A stretch of 48,996 bases of DNA from Actinomycetota bacterium (GCA_046086225.1 JBJSXF010000125.1:1-48996); one strand, 5' to 3'; positions 40,118-48,716 are shown, numbered from the stretch's first letter. Program-made: numbers and translations. The notes: generated by a model from the sequence alone, not told the origin.

Positions 40118-40953
40118 GGAGCGGAGGGGGTCGGCGGCGCGCCGGGCGTCGGCACCGCGGGTGTCGGCACCGAGGGGATCGGCACCGAGGGCGCCGGCGT
40201 GATCGGCGGCATCTCGCCCGGCGGCGTCTCGATGTTCTCGGCGCCGGGGAGGTTCCTGATCGACGGCGGGTTCCCGATAGCCACCACGTCCTTGCCTTCG
40301 GGCAGGAAGGCGAGGATCACGATCTCGCCGTTGTCGAGCTTCATCTCGGACGGATCGCCCGACCGGACCGTGTACTTCTGCTTGCCGGGCGGCTCGGTGC
40401 CGTCCCAGGCGGCCGTCGCCCACTGGAAGCGGCCCGGCTTGCCCGCGCACGTGTCGCCGGCGGTGCGCTTCGTGCCGAGGAACTCGAAGCCTTCGGCGTC
40501 GGCCGACCAGCCGCCGTAGCGCAGGTACCGACCGAGGGTCGCGTTGCGGCCCGCGTCCTCCGAGGTCGACGGCTCCATGTGCACGATGCCGTCGGCGTGG
40601 CTGTGGAGCCCCGCGTAGACGTTGGTCGCGTTCGCTCGGGAGGGACCGCCGTTCGCGTTCGCGTAGGGCCAGGTCCAGATGCCCTCGCCGGCGTCGCCGA
40701 GCCAGCGGTCGCAGTCGTAGACCCCGAGCGCGGCGTGCCAGTGCGCGTTCTTGTTCCGCGGGTTGGACGGGTTCGCCGAGTCCATGATGAAGGGACCGAC
40801 CTCGGCCGGCTCCGAGCGCCGGGCGTACACGAGCAGACCCATCCCGAGGATCAGAACCATGGCGGTGACGCCGTACCACCAGCGATTCGTCCGCGAGCGC
40901 TTGGCGGAATGAACGGCGGTGCGGTTGCGCTTTGCGCGTGAAGCCTTCCCCAT
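40114..40953 (-). CDS. Membrane-anchored exported protein with conserved His motifs and Pro/Thr/Ser-rich C-terminal tail, function unknown
   Basis: 279 aa. A basic tail (MGKASRAKRNRTAVHSAKRSRTNR) is followed by a TM, then AHWHAALGVYDCDRW and GLHSHADGIVHMEP. The tail is PPITPAPSVPIPSVPTPAVPTPGAPPTPSAP. Confidence 0.6.
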   Translation of the reverse strand: MGKASRAKRNRTAVHSAKRSRTNRWWYGVTAMVLILGMGLLVYARRSEPAEVGPFIMDSANPSNPRNKNAHWHAALGVYDCDRWLGDAGEGIWTWPYANANGGPSRANATNVYAGLHSHADGIVHMEPSTSEDAGRNATLGRYLRYGGWSADAEGFEFLGTKRTAGDTCAGKPGRFQWATAAWDGTEPPGKQKYTVRSGDPSEMKLDNGEIVILAFLPEGKDVVAIGNPPSIRNLPGAENIETPPGEMPPITPAPSVPIPSVPTPAVPTPGAPPTPSAP

Positions 40954-40961
40954 CGGCGCGG

Positions 40962-40967
40962 AGGCTA
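40962..40967 (-). promoter_or_regulatory. -10-like TAGCCT hexamer 8 nt upstream of ATG 40953; its TAG is the stop of the preceding GT2 gene
   Basis: The minus strand reads TAGCCT-ccgcgccg-ATG. Confidence 0.25.
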
Positions 40968-41873
40968 GCCCCGGTCGCCGCGCGAGTGGTCGCGCCCCGG
41001 GCGGACCCTGGCGCCCAACGCATGGGCGACCATCGCGAGCGCCCCCCGGACCGTGAAGTAGACGGCGGCCAAAGGGAGGAGCGCCGCCTGCGGACCCCGC
41101 AACCGCTTGCGGGCGAACCGCCAGGCCGAACGGTGATGCTCCCGGATCATCCGGTACGGACGGCGGCCGGTCACGGCACCCTGCACGTGGACCACCTCGC
41201 CCTCCGGCTCGTACGCGACCCCGAAGCCCGCGGCGCGGATCCGCCAGCAGAGGTCGACGTCCTCCACGTACATGAAGTACTGCTCGTCCCAACCCCCGAC
41301 CGCATCGAGGACGGCGCGGCGGAGCCACACCGCAGCCCCCGACACCCAGTCGACCCGGCGAGCGACGGTCGGGTCGGCCCCGGTCTGCCGGTACCGGGCC
41401 GTGCAGGGATTCGTCGGCCACCACAGGCCGAGGAGACCGTGACCGACCGCGACCGGGACGGAGGGGAGGATGCGGGCGGACGGGTAGTCGCCACCGTCGG
41501 GATTCCGCACCCGGGGACCGACCGCACCGAGGGCGGGCTCCGCATCGAGCCGGGCGAGGATCGCGGCCGCGGTGCCCGGCCGCACGACGAGGTCGGGGTT
41601 CAGGACCGCCACGACCGGCGCCCGCGTGGCGGCGATACCGAGGTTCGCGGCCCGGGCGTAGCCGACGTTGCCCGGTGCCGTCACGACCCGCAGGCCGGGA
41701 ATCGCGGTCCGGGCCGCGGCGACCGATCCGTCGGTCGATCCGTTGTCGACGACCACCAGGTCGACCGGGCCCGCGCTCGCATCGGCGAGCACCGACCGGA
41801 CGCATTCGGCGAGCAGGGGGCCGCTCTCGAAGTTGACGACCACCGCCGCCCACCGAACGGCGGGTTCAGTCAC
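40965..41873 (-). CDS. Family 2 glycosyltransferase, WbbL (rhamnosyltransferase)-like
   Basis: AAVVVNFESG...VVVDNGSTDGS...GNVGYARAANLG...LNPD...SGAAVWLRR..LD.VGGWDEQYFMYVEDVDLCWR. The GTG 41873 start overlaps the upstream gene by 8 nt. Confidence 0.75.
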   Translation of the reverse strand: MTEPAVRWAAVVVNFESGPLLAECVRSVLADASAGPVDLVVVDNGSTDGSVAAARTAIPGLRVVTAPGNVGYARAANLGIAATRAPVVAVLNPDLVVRPGTAAAILARLDAEPALGAVGPRVRNPDGGDYPSARILPSVPVAVGHGLLGLWWPTNPCTARYRQTGADPTVARRVDWVSGAAVWLRRAVLDAVGGWDEQYFMYVEDVDLCWRIRAAGFGVAYEPEGEVVHVQGAVTGRRPYRMIREHHRSAWRFARKRLRGPQAALLPLAAVYFTVRGALAMVAHALGARVRPGRDHSRGDRG

Positions 41874-42591
41874 CGAACCGATACCGCACGAGCGCCCGCA
41901 AGGCCGCGAACCCGTCACGCCAGGTGATCTTCTTGCCCTCGGCGAACTCGCGCCCCGCGTACGAGATCGGTACCTCGTAGATGCGCACGCCGCGCCGGAG
42001 GATCTTGGCCGTGATCTCCGGCTCGATGTCGAAGCGCTCGCTGCGCAGCCGCAGTCCGGCGAGCAGCTCGCGGTCGACGAGCTTGTAGCAGGTCTCCATG
42101 TCGGAGAGCGTCGTGTTGTAGAGCACGTTCGTGACGAGCGAGAGCATGCGATTGCCGACCCAGTGCAAGAAGAGCATGTTCCGCCGCTCACCGGTGAACC
42201 GGGAGCCGTACACGGCCCGGGCCCGACCGCGCAGCACCGGGGCGAGCAGCCGGGGCCAGTCCTCCGGGTCGTACTCGAGGTCGGCGTCCTGGACCAGCAC
42301 GTACTCGCCGGTCGCGTAGCCGAGACCCGTGCGCAGCGCCGCGCCCTTGCCGCGGTTCCCGTCGTGGAGCACGATCCGGACGGTGCTGTCACCGAGCTGC
42401 CGGAGCACCTCGCGGGTGCCGTCGGTGCTGCCGTCGTCGATCACGATGATCTCGCGCTCGATGCCGTCGGGGAGCTCGACGGCACGCATGCGGCGCAGGA
42501 TCTCGACCACCGTGTTGCGCTCGTTGAAGACCGGGACGAGCACCGAGAGTCGCCGCAGTTCGGGGGGTGGCGTGCGATCAGGCGCGACCAT
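41866..42591 (-). CDS. Family 2 glycosyltransferase, polyprenyl-phosphate sugar synthase (DPM1/Ppm1-like) type
   Basis: LSVLVPVFNERNTV...VIDDGSTDGT...NRGKGAALRTG...VLVQDADLEYDP...SDMETCYK. The start overlaps uxs by 14 nt. Confidence 0.75.
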   Translation of the reverse strand: MVAPDRTPPPELRRLSVLVPVFNERNTVVEILRRMRAVELPDGIEREIIVIDDGSTDGTREVLRQLGDSTVRIVLHDGNRGKGAALRTGLGYATGEYVLVQDADLEYDPEDWPRLLAPVLRGRARAVYGSRFTGERRNMLFLHWVGNRMLSLVTNVLYNTTLSDMETCYKLVDRELLAGLRLRSERFDIEPEITAKILRRGVRIYEVPISYAGREFAEGKKITWRDGFAALRALVRYRFGD

Positions 42592-43525
42592 CGGCCCGCT
42601 CCTGCACGTACCAATCGAGCGTCCGGGTGAGTCCGGCGCGGAGCGCCACCGTCGGCTCCCAGCTGAGGAGCTCGCGGGCCCGGGTGATGTCGGGTCGCCG
42701 CCGGGCGGGGTCACCGGTGGGGAGCGGCGTGAAGACGAGCTCGACGTCGGCTCCGGCGAGGGTACGAACGATGTCGGCCAGCTCCAGCATCGTCACCTCC
42801 TCGGGGTTGCCGAGGTTCACCGGATCGCCCACCGCCGAGCCGAGCAGGGCCAGGATCCCGGCGACCAGGTCGTCGACGAAGCAGAAGGACCGGGTCTGCT
42901 CGCTGCCGCCGTAAACCGTGAGCGGCGCGCCCTCGAGCACCTGGGCGAGGAAGTTGGACACCACCCGGCCGTCGGCGGGCCGCAGCCGGGGACCGTAGGT
43001 GTTGAAGATGCGGACGATCGCGGTGTCGACGCCGCGTACCCGGCGGTAGGTAGCGGTCAGCGTCTCGGCGAACCGCTTCGCCTCGTCGTAAACGGCCCGC
43101 GGCCCCATCGGATCGACGTTGCCGCAGTACGACTCGGGCTGCGGGTGCACGGTCGGGTCACCGTAGATCTCGCTCTTCGACGCGAGGAGGAACCGGGCGC
43201 CGTGTGCGGCGGCGAGGTCGAGCGCGCGCCGGGTACCCACCGACGAGACGTCGAGGGTCTCGAGCGGCATCGCGAGATACTCGGGCGGGCTCGCCGGGCT
43301 GGCGAAGTGCAGCACCGCGTCGACTGCCCCCGACACCGGCAGATCGTGCACGACGTCGGCCTCGACCAGGAGGAAGCCGGGGCGGCCGGTCAGGTGCGCG
43401 AGGTTGGCGCGTCGTCCGGTCGAGAAGTTGTCGACCGCGACGACCTCGTCACCGCGAGCGAGGAGGGCATCGCAGAGGTGCGAGCCGATGAAGCCGGCTC
43501 CCCCGGTGACGACGACGCGCGCCAC
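42578..43525 (-). CDS. uxs: UDP-glucuronate decarboxylase (UDP-xylose synthase)-like SDR, with an atypical Lys at the catalytic Ser/Thr position
   Basis: VVVTGGAGFIGSHLCD.L...VDNFSTGRR.NL...ASKSEIYGDP...YDEAKR...RIFNTYGPR is the UXS/ArnA-decarboxylase pattern. The usual STSEVYG reads SKSEIYG here. Confidence 0.75.
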   Translation of the reverse strand: MARVVVTGGAGFIGSHLCDALLARGDEVVAVDNFSTGRRANLAHLTGRPGFLLVEADVVHDLPVSGAVDAVLHFASPASPPEYLAMPLETLDVSSVGTRRALDLAAAHGARFLLASKSEIYGDPTVHPQPESYCGNVDPMGPRAVYDEAKRFAETLTATYRRVRGVDTAIVRIFNTYGPRLRPADGRVVSNFLAQVLEGAPLTVYGGSEQTRSFCFVDDLVAGILALLGSAVGDPVNLGNPEEVTMLELADIVRTLAGADVELVFTPLPTGDPARRRPDITRARELLSWEPTVALRAGLTRTLDWYVQERADGRA

Positions 43526-43556
43526 GGTCAGGCCCCGAATGCCGGTCGCACGCTCG

Positions 43557-44852
43557 TCACCGGCGACCGACGGCCGAGTAGGCGAATCCGAGCCGCCGCA
43601 TCGCCGGCGGATCGAGGAGGTTGCGCGCGTCGACGATCGCGGCGCGTTCCATGACCCCGGCGACCCGCTCGAAGTCGAGCCACCGGAACTCGTCCCATTC
43701 GGTGAGAACCGCGACCGCCGCGGCGCCCTCGGCGGCGGCGTACGCGTCGGCGCAGATCTCGATCCCGGGCACCCGATCGAGCACCTGCTCGCCTGCCGCC
43801 GGATCGAAGGCCCGGACTCGGGCCCCCTCCTCCACGAGCCGGGCACAGATCGCGATCGCGGGTGACTCGCGCAGGTCGTCGGTGTCGGCCTTGAAGGTGA
43901 GACCCCAGGCCGCCACGGTCGCGTCGTCGAGTCGACCGCCGACAGCCCGCCGGATCTTGTCGACGATGCGCTCGCGCTGGGCCCGGTTGACCTCCTCGAC
44001 CCCGGCCAGCAGTTCGAAGGCGTAGCCGGCCGAGCGCGAGGTGTGGAGCAGCGCGGCGACATCCTTCGGGAAGCACGATCCGCCGTAGCCCGGCCCGGCC
44101 TTCAGGAACTGGAATCCGATGCGAGCGTCGTACCCCATGCCGAGCGCGACCTCGCGAACGTCGGCATCGACCGCTTCGCAGAGGTTCGCGATCGCGTTGA
44201 TGAAGGAAACCTTCGTCGCCAGGAAGGCGTTCGCCGCATACTTGATCATCTCGGCCGAAGCCGGATCGGTGACGAGCACCGGAGCCTGCAGGCCCGCGTA
44301 CAGCTCGGTGAGCACCCCGGCCGCCTCGGGCCGGTCGCACCCGATCACGATGCGGTCGGGGTGGAGGAAGTCGTGGATCGCCTGGCCTTCGCGCAGGAAC
44401 TCCGGGTTCGAGGCGACGGCGACCCCGTCGTGGACCACCCCGGCCTCGGAGAGCACCCGCTCCACGAGCCGGGTCGTGCCCACCGGCACCGTCGACTTGT
44501 TGACGACGACGGCATCGGTGCCGAGCACGGGCGCAATCTCCCGGGCCACCTGCTCGACGAACGAGAGGTCGGCCGCGCCGTCGGCCCCCTGCGGGGTCTG
44601 GACGCACAGCAGCACGGCCTCGGCGCTTGCGGCCGCGTCGGCGGCCCCGACCACGAACCGGAGTCGCCCCGAGGCCAAGCCGGCAGCGAGGAGCTCGGGC
44701 AGCCCCGCCTCGTGGATCGGCGCCTCGCCCTTGGTCAGCCGGGCGACCCGATCGGCATCGATGTCGGCACACCGCACGTCGTGGCCGAGATGCGCCAGGC
44801 AGACCGCCGACGTGAGGCCGACATAACCCGCCCCGACGACAGCCACGCGCAT
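43557..44852 (-). CDS. ugd: UDP-glucose 6-dehydrogenase
   Basis: VAVVGAGYVGLT...NPEFLREG.A..DF..PDRIVIG...GGSCFPKD (catalytic Cys)...GLTFKADTDDLRESPA. Confidence 0.92.
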   Translation of the reverse strand: MRVAVVGAGYVGLTSAVCLAHLGHDVRCADIDADRVARLTKGEAPIHEAGLPELLAAGLASGRLRFVVGAADAAASAEAVLLCVQTPQGADGAADLSFVEQVAREIAPVLGTDAVVVNKSTVPVGTTRLVERVLSEAGVVHDGVAVASNPEFLREGQAIHDFLHPDRIVIGCDRPEAAGVLTELYAGLQAPVLVTDPASAEMIKYAANAFLATKVSFINAIANLCEAVDADVREVALGMGYDARIGFQFLKAGPGYGGSCFPKDVAALLHTSRSAGYAFELLAGVEEVNRAQRERIVDKIRRAVGGRLDDATVAAWGLTFKADTDDLRESPAIAICARLVEEGARVRAFDPAAGEQVLDRVPGIEICADAYAAAEGAAAVAVLTEWDEFRWLDFERVAGVMERAAIVDARNLLDPPAMRRLGFAYSAVGRR

Positions 44853-44859
44853 CCCGCGG

Positions 44860-44865
44860 AGTGTA
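44860..44865 (-). promoter_or_regulatory. -10-like TACACT hexamer 7 nt upstream of the ugd ATG
   Basis: The minus strand reads cccTACACT-ccgcggg-ATG, inside the 17-nt LCP-ugd gap. Confidence 0.3.
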
Positions 44866-44869
44866 GGGG

Positions 44870-45964
44870 TCAGCAACCGGCGGGCGGGAGTCCCTCCGAG
44901 GCCGGGGCCGACGCCCGGAGCAACGTCGCGTGAGCGACGCCCCCGGTCACCGCCGAGGCAGCGCCGGCCTTGCGGCGCTGCTTCCCACCGATGAGTCGAC
45001 TGAGCACCGGCCACGCTTCCTCTTCGTCGAGGATCAGCACGTCCTGTCCGTCGCGGAACGCCCGTTCGACCGGCAGCGAGAGCGATTTCATCGGTTGGCC
45101 GGCTTGCCCCCGGAACGCGACGAGGAAGTCGCGCAGGCCCGCAAAACCCAACCCTTGGTCGCGTTGGAACGACGAGAGCATGGCGTCGACGATTGTCGGA
45201 GCTTCCCAAGGGTTGGACTGGACCCGCCGCAACGTCTCCGCCGCGACCGTGCGCAGGAAGTACTGCTGACGCTTGATCCGGCCGAGATCGGACGTGCCGT
45301 CCATCTCCCATTCACCGTCGACGAACGACTCGTAGTAGCGCGATCGGACGAAGGCGAGCGCCATCTCGCCCCGCAGCCGGTGGCAGCCCTTCGTCTTCAC
45401 GAGGAGCCCGGTCTTCTCGTCGCGGGCCGGGGCCGGGAAGAAGATCGGCACCGAGCCGAGCGCATCGACGAGCCGGCGGAAACCGGCGAAGTCGACCTCC
45501 AGATAGTGCTGGATCGGGATTCCCCAGTTCTGCTGAAGCGTCCGGATCACCCGCTGCGGACCTTCGTTGAACGCCGCGTTGATCCGGGACTCCCCGATAC
45601 CGGGAACGTCGACCCACAGGTCGCGGGGGAACGACACGAGGAAACTGCGCGTCGGGTCGCGATCGATGTGCGCGACCATGATCGTGTCGGATCGCTGTCC
45701 GGTCTGCACATCGGCCTCACCGAACGAATCGGCATCCTTCGGGTTGCGCACGAAGGCTCGGGAGTCGGAGCCGATGAGCAGGAAGTTGCCTCCCGACCGC
45801 AGCAGGGCGGGATCGATCGGGACGGTCGCGACCGACGCGACCTTCGCCTCCGCCGTGCGGAAGGCCGTGACGAGCCCGGCGACGACGACCGCGGTGGCGA
45901 GGACGAGGGCGATGACGATCCGCCCGAGGAAGGCCCGGGCCGAGACCCGGCCGACGCCGGTCAC
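44870..45964 (-). CDS. LytR-CpsA-Psr (LCP) family glycopolymer ligase
   Basis: TM anchor, then NFLLIGSDSR...RSDTIMVAHID...SFPRDLWVDVPG...INAAF...HYLEVDFAGF..LVDALGSV. GTG 45964 overlaps the upstream stop (GTGA); GTG 45973 is the alternative start. Confidence 0.85.
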   Translation of the reverse strand: MTGVGRVSARAFLGRIVIALVLATAVVVAGLVTAFRTAEAKVASVATVPIDPALLRSGGNFLLIGSDSRAFVRNPKDADSFGEADVQTGQRSDTIMVAHIDRDPTRSFLVSFPRDLWVDVPGIGESRINAAFNEGPQRVIRTLQQNWGIPIQHYLEVDFAGFRRLVDALGSVPIFFPAPARDEKTGLLVKTKGCHRLRGEMALAFVRSRYYESFVDGEWEMDGTSDLGRIKRQQYFLRTVAAETLRRVQSNPWEAPTIVDAMLSSFQRDQGLGFAGLRDFLVAFRGQAGQPMKSLSLPVERAFRDGQDVLILDEEEAWPVLSRLIGGKQRRKAGAASAVTGGVAHATLLRASAPASEGLPPAGC

Positions 45965-47520
45965 GACGGACACCCCACGAGCGGGCCGCCGGTCTCGGGA
46001 TCGACGGGCACGAAGCGGCTGTTCGCCCGGGCGGGCACGGGATCGATCGGGACGGAGGACGTGGTCGTGGACGGGACACCGGTTGCCGGCGGAGCACCGC
46101 TCCCCGTCGCGCCGGTCGGCACCGACGTCGTGGTGCCGACGCCGGGTCGCACGAACGCGTGCCGGAGCGAGTCGTAGTCGCGACCGACGACCACGAGCAC
46201 CTCGGCCCCGAGGGTGTTGGCCTCCGAGATGGCCTGGACGAAGTTGAGCGTGCCGACCGCGTTCGCCACCGTGAACCCCTCGGGCCAGCGGCCGGGCGCG
46301 TAGCGGATCTGGGTACGCCCGTAGGAGGTGCGGTCGGCTTCGCCGGGGTCGGGCGCGACCGAGAAGCCCGCAGCCCGGAACTGCTCGATCACGGCCTTGG
46401 CCGCGCCTTCCACTCCGGTTCCGTTCACGACGCGCACCCGGACCTCCGATCGCGGGACCTCGTCGGGAACCTCGACCGGCCCGCCGAACTCCATGAGCCG
46501 ACCCACCACCCCGTTCGCCTCGTCGGTCGCGACCACCTGCCCCGACCACGGAGCCGGGGCCGCGGTCACGGGCAGGGTGAGCATCTCGACCCGGCGGGGG
46601 TCGAGCCGGTTGTACGTGCGGATGAGTGCCTTGAGCTCATCGAGGGTGAGCGAGTCGTCACGGGCGAATGCATCGGAGAGCCGGTCGAGCAGCCCCACGA
46701 GCCGGGCCGGATTGGCGGCCGTCGCGTCGACCGCAGCCTGGCTGACCGTGCGGAGGAAGTACTGCTGCCGGGGGATGCGGTCGAGGTCGCTCCCCGTCGC
46801 CACCCAGCCCCGACCGCCGCGGTACGCGGTCTCGGGGATGTCGGGCGAGTAGTTCCAGTCCCAGGGCACCGGATCGTCCGGGTCGCGCGGCACGTAGTAG
46901 TGCCGGGAGCGGGCGTAGGCCAGCGCCACTTCACCGTTCGCCCGCACGCATCCGGCCCGGTCGATGTTCAAACCGCTGTACGGATCGTGCGCCGGCGTGG
47001 GGAACCAGAGCGGCACCTTGCCGATCGCGTCGACGATGCGGGAGAAGCCCGCGAAGTCGACCTCGACGTAGTGGTTGATGCGCAAGGGCGGGAAGTTGGC
47101 CTGGAGCGTCTTGATGACGAGGTTGGGCCCTCCGAACTGGAATGCCGCGTTGAGCAGGTTGCGCCCGTATCCGGGAATGTCGACGATGAGGTCGCGCGGG
47201 AACGACACGAGGATCCCGGTGCGGGTCGCCGGGTCGACGTGGAGCACCATCATGACGTCGGACCGACGCCCCGGCGTCTGCAGCGCCGACCCGAAGCGGC
47301 CGCCTCCGACCTCCCGGGTGTCCGAGCCGATCAGCAGGTAGTTGGCCGGCTTGCCCGGCTCGGCCCGGACCAGCGCCGGGATCGAGATCCGATCGCTGCG
47401 GGCGAAGGTCTTCCGGGCCATGCGGTCGGAGACGACGATCGTGCCGAGCGCGATCGCGGTCACGAGGACCAGGGCCACGACGTAGCGCAGCGAGAAGGAG
47501 CACACGGTCGACCAGCGCAC
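45961..47520 (-). CDS. LCP family glycopolymer ligase with C-terminal LytR_C-type domain
   Basis: NYLLIGSDTR...RSDVMMVLHVD...SFPRDLIVDIPG...LNAAF...HYVEVDFAGFSRIVDAIG. A later module reads VRVRVVNGTGVEGAAK...GF.V. Confidence 0.88.
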   Translation of the reverse strand: MRWSTVCSFSLRYVVALVLVTAIALGTIVVSDRMARKTFARSDRISIPALVRAEPGKPANYLLIGSDTREVGGGRFGSALQTPGRRSDVMMVLHVDPATRTGILVSFPRDLIVDIPGYGRNLLNAAFQFGGPNLVIKTLQANFPPLRINHYVEVDFAGFSRIVDAIGKVPLWFPTPAHDPYSGLNIDRAGCVRANGEVALAYARSRHYYVPRDPDDPVPWDWNYSPDIPETAYRGGRGWVATGSDLDRIPRQQYFLRTVSQAAVDATAANPARLVGLLDRLSDAFARDDSLTLDELKALIRTYNRLDPRRVEMLTLPVTAAPAPWSGQVVATDEANGVVGRLMEFGGPVEVPDEVPRSEVRVRVVNGTGVEGAAKAVIEQFRAAGFSVAPDPGEADRTSYGRTQIRYAPGRWPEGFTVANAVGTLNFVQAISEANTLGAEVLVVVGRDYDSLRHAFVRPGVGTTTSVPTGATGSGAPPATGVPSTTTSSVPIDPVPARANSRFVPVDPETGGPLVGCPS

Positions 47521-47530
47521 GGAAGCCCCG

Positions 47531-47536
47531 ACACTA
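47531..47536 (-). promoter_or_regulatory. -10-like TAGTGT hexamer 10 nt upstream of GTG 47520 (head of the nine-gene locus)
   Basis: The minus strand reads ccggTAGTGT-cggggcttcc-GTG. There is no Shine-Dalgarno. Confidence 0.35.
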
Positions 47537-47595
47537 CCGGCGCGAAGGGCCCGTTCCCGGTCGCCCGACGGGGTTTGGACCCGGGCCTCGGCCGG

Positions 47596-47601
47596 TAGCG
47601 T
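47596..47601 (+). promoter_or_regulatory. -10-like TAGCGT hexamer 5 nt before GTG 47607 and 8 nt before ATG 47610 (leaderless-type)
   Basis: The sequence reads ccggTAGCGT-gcccg-GTG-ATG. The spacing favours ATG 47610 as the true start. Confidence 0.35.
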
Positions 47602-47606
47602 GCCCG

Positions 47607-48716
47607 GTGATGAACGGCGCGAGCGCGATCGTGCGCGACGGCGGACGCTGGCTCGAAGCCCTCGACCCCGTCGCTGCGGTGCGGGCCGACGGCCCCGACG
47701 CCTTCGCCGCGCTCGACACGATCGCGAGCGGCGGCTTCTGGGCGGGCTTCTGCGCGTACGACCTCGGTCGCTCGATCGAGCCCGTCCCCGACCGGGCCGC
47801 CGACGACCTCGGCCTCCCCGATCTCGCGTTCGTGCGCTTCGCCAACGTCCGCGAGATCGCCGCGCCTTCGGGGCCGCCGGTCGGGCTCGGGGAAGCCCGG
47901 TCGAGCCTCGACCGTGCGCGTCATGCCGCCGCCGTCGAGATCGTCCACGAACTGCTGCGGGCCGGCGAGTGCTACCAGGTGAACCTGACGCGCCGCCTCG
48001 AGTTCGCGACCAGCCCCGACCCGCGTGCGCTCTTCGCGGCCCTCACGGCCCGCAACCCGGCCCCGCACGCCGCGCTGTGCGTCCTCGGGGACACCGTGCC
48101 CGGGGTTGCCATCGTCTCCGCCTCCCCCGAGCTCTACCTCGGCATCGACGGCGACACGGTCACGACCAGACCGATCAAGGGCACCGCCGCCGACGCCGGC
48201 ACGCTCGCCGGGAGCGCCAAGGACCGGGCCGAGCACGTGATGATCGTCGACCTCGCCCGCAACGACCTCGGTCGCATCTGCCGCCCGGGCACGATCCGGG
48301 TCCCCGACCTGTCCGCCATCGAGGCGCACCCCGGCCTGCACCACATGGTGAGCACGGTCACCGGCGAGCGCCGATCCGGGGTCGGCCTGGGTGAGGTCGT
48401 GCGGGCCACGTTCCCGCCCGCCTCGGTCACCGGCGCCCCGAAGCCCCGCGTGCTGCGCGCCATCGAGGAGCTCGAGCCGGTGCGCCGCGGCGCGTACTGC
48501 GGCGCAGTCGGCTGGATCGACGGCGACGCCGGTCGGGCCCGGCTCTCGGTCGCGATCCGCACGTTCACGGTCACCCCGAACGGCACCACGCTCGGGGTGG
48601 GCGGCGGGATCGTCGCCGACTCCGACGCCGACGCCGAGTGGGCCGAGACCGAGCTCAAGGCCGCCCGGCTCCTCGCCGCCGTCGGTGGCCGCGAGCGCGA
48701 ACCGGTGCCCGCATGA
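47607..48716 (+). CDS. pabB: Chorismate-binding enzyme, aminodeoxychorismate synthase component I-like (short form)
   Basis: GECYQVNLT...SASPE.YL......TRPIKGT...D.AEH.MIVDL.RND...H.VS.V.G......PP.S.TGAPK....IEELE...RG.YCGA.GW are chorismate-utilising enzyme motifs. It is coupled to a class IV aminotransferase. The start may be 47610. Confidence 0.8.
   Translation: MMNGASAIVRDGGRWLEALDPVAAVRADGPDAFAALDTIASGGFWAGFCAYDLGRSIEPVPDRAADDLGLPDLAFVRFANVREIAAPSGPPVGLGEARSSLDRARHAAAVEIVHELLRAGECYQVNLTRRLEFATSPDPRALFAALTARNPAPHAALCVLGDTVPGVAIVSASPELYLGIDGDTVTTRPIKGTAADAGTLAGSAKDRAEHVMIVDLARNDLGRICRPGTIRVPDLSAIEAHPGLHHMVSTVTGERRSGVGLGEVVRATFPPASVTGAPKPRVLRAIEELEPVRRGAYCGAVGWIDGDAGRARLSVAIRTFTVTPNGTTLGVGGGIVADSDADAEWAETELKAARLLAAVGGREREPVPA

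Noticed and set aside
40140-40200. Short tandem DNA repeats (gtcggcaccg-type 15-mers) that could be mistaken for a repeat array
   Set aside because: They are in frame within the 40114-40953 CDS and simply encode its Pro/Thr/Ser/Val-rich tail. There are no spacers or CRISPR-like periodicity.
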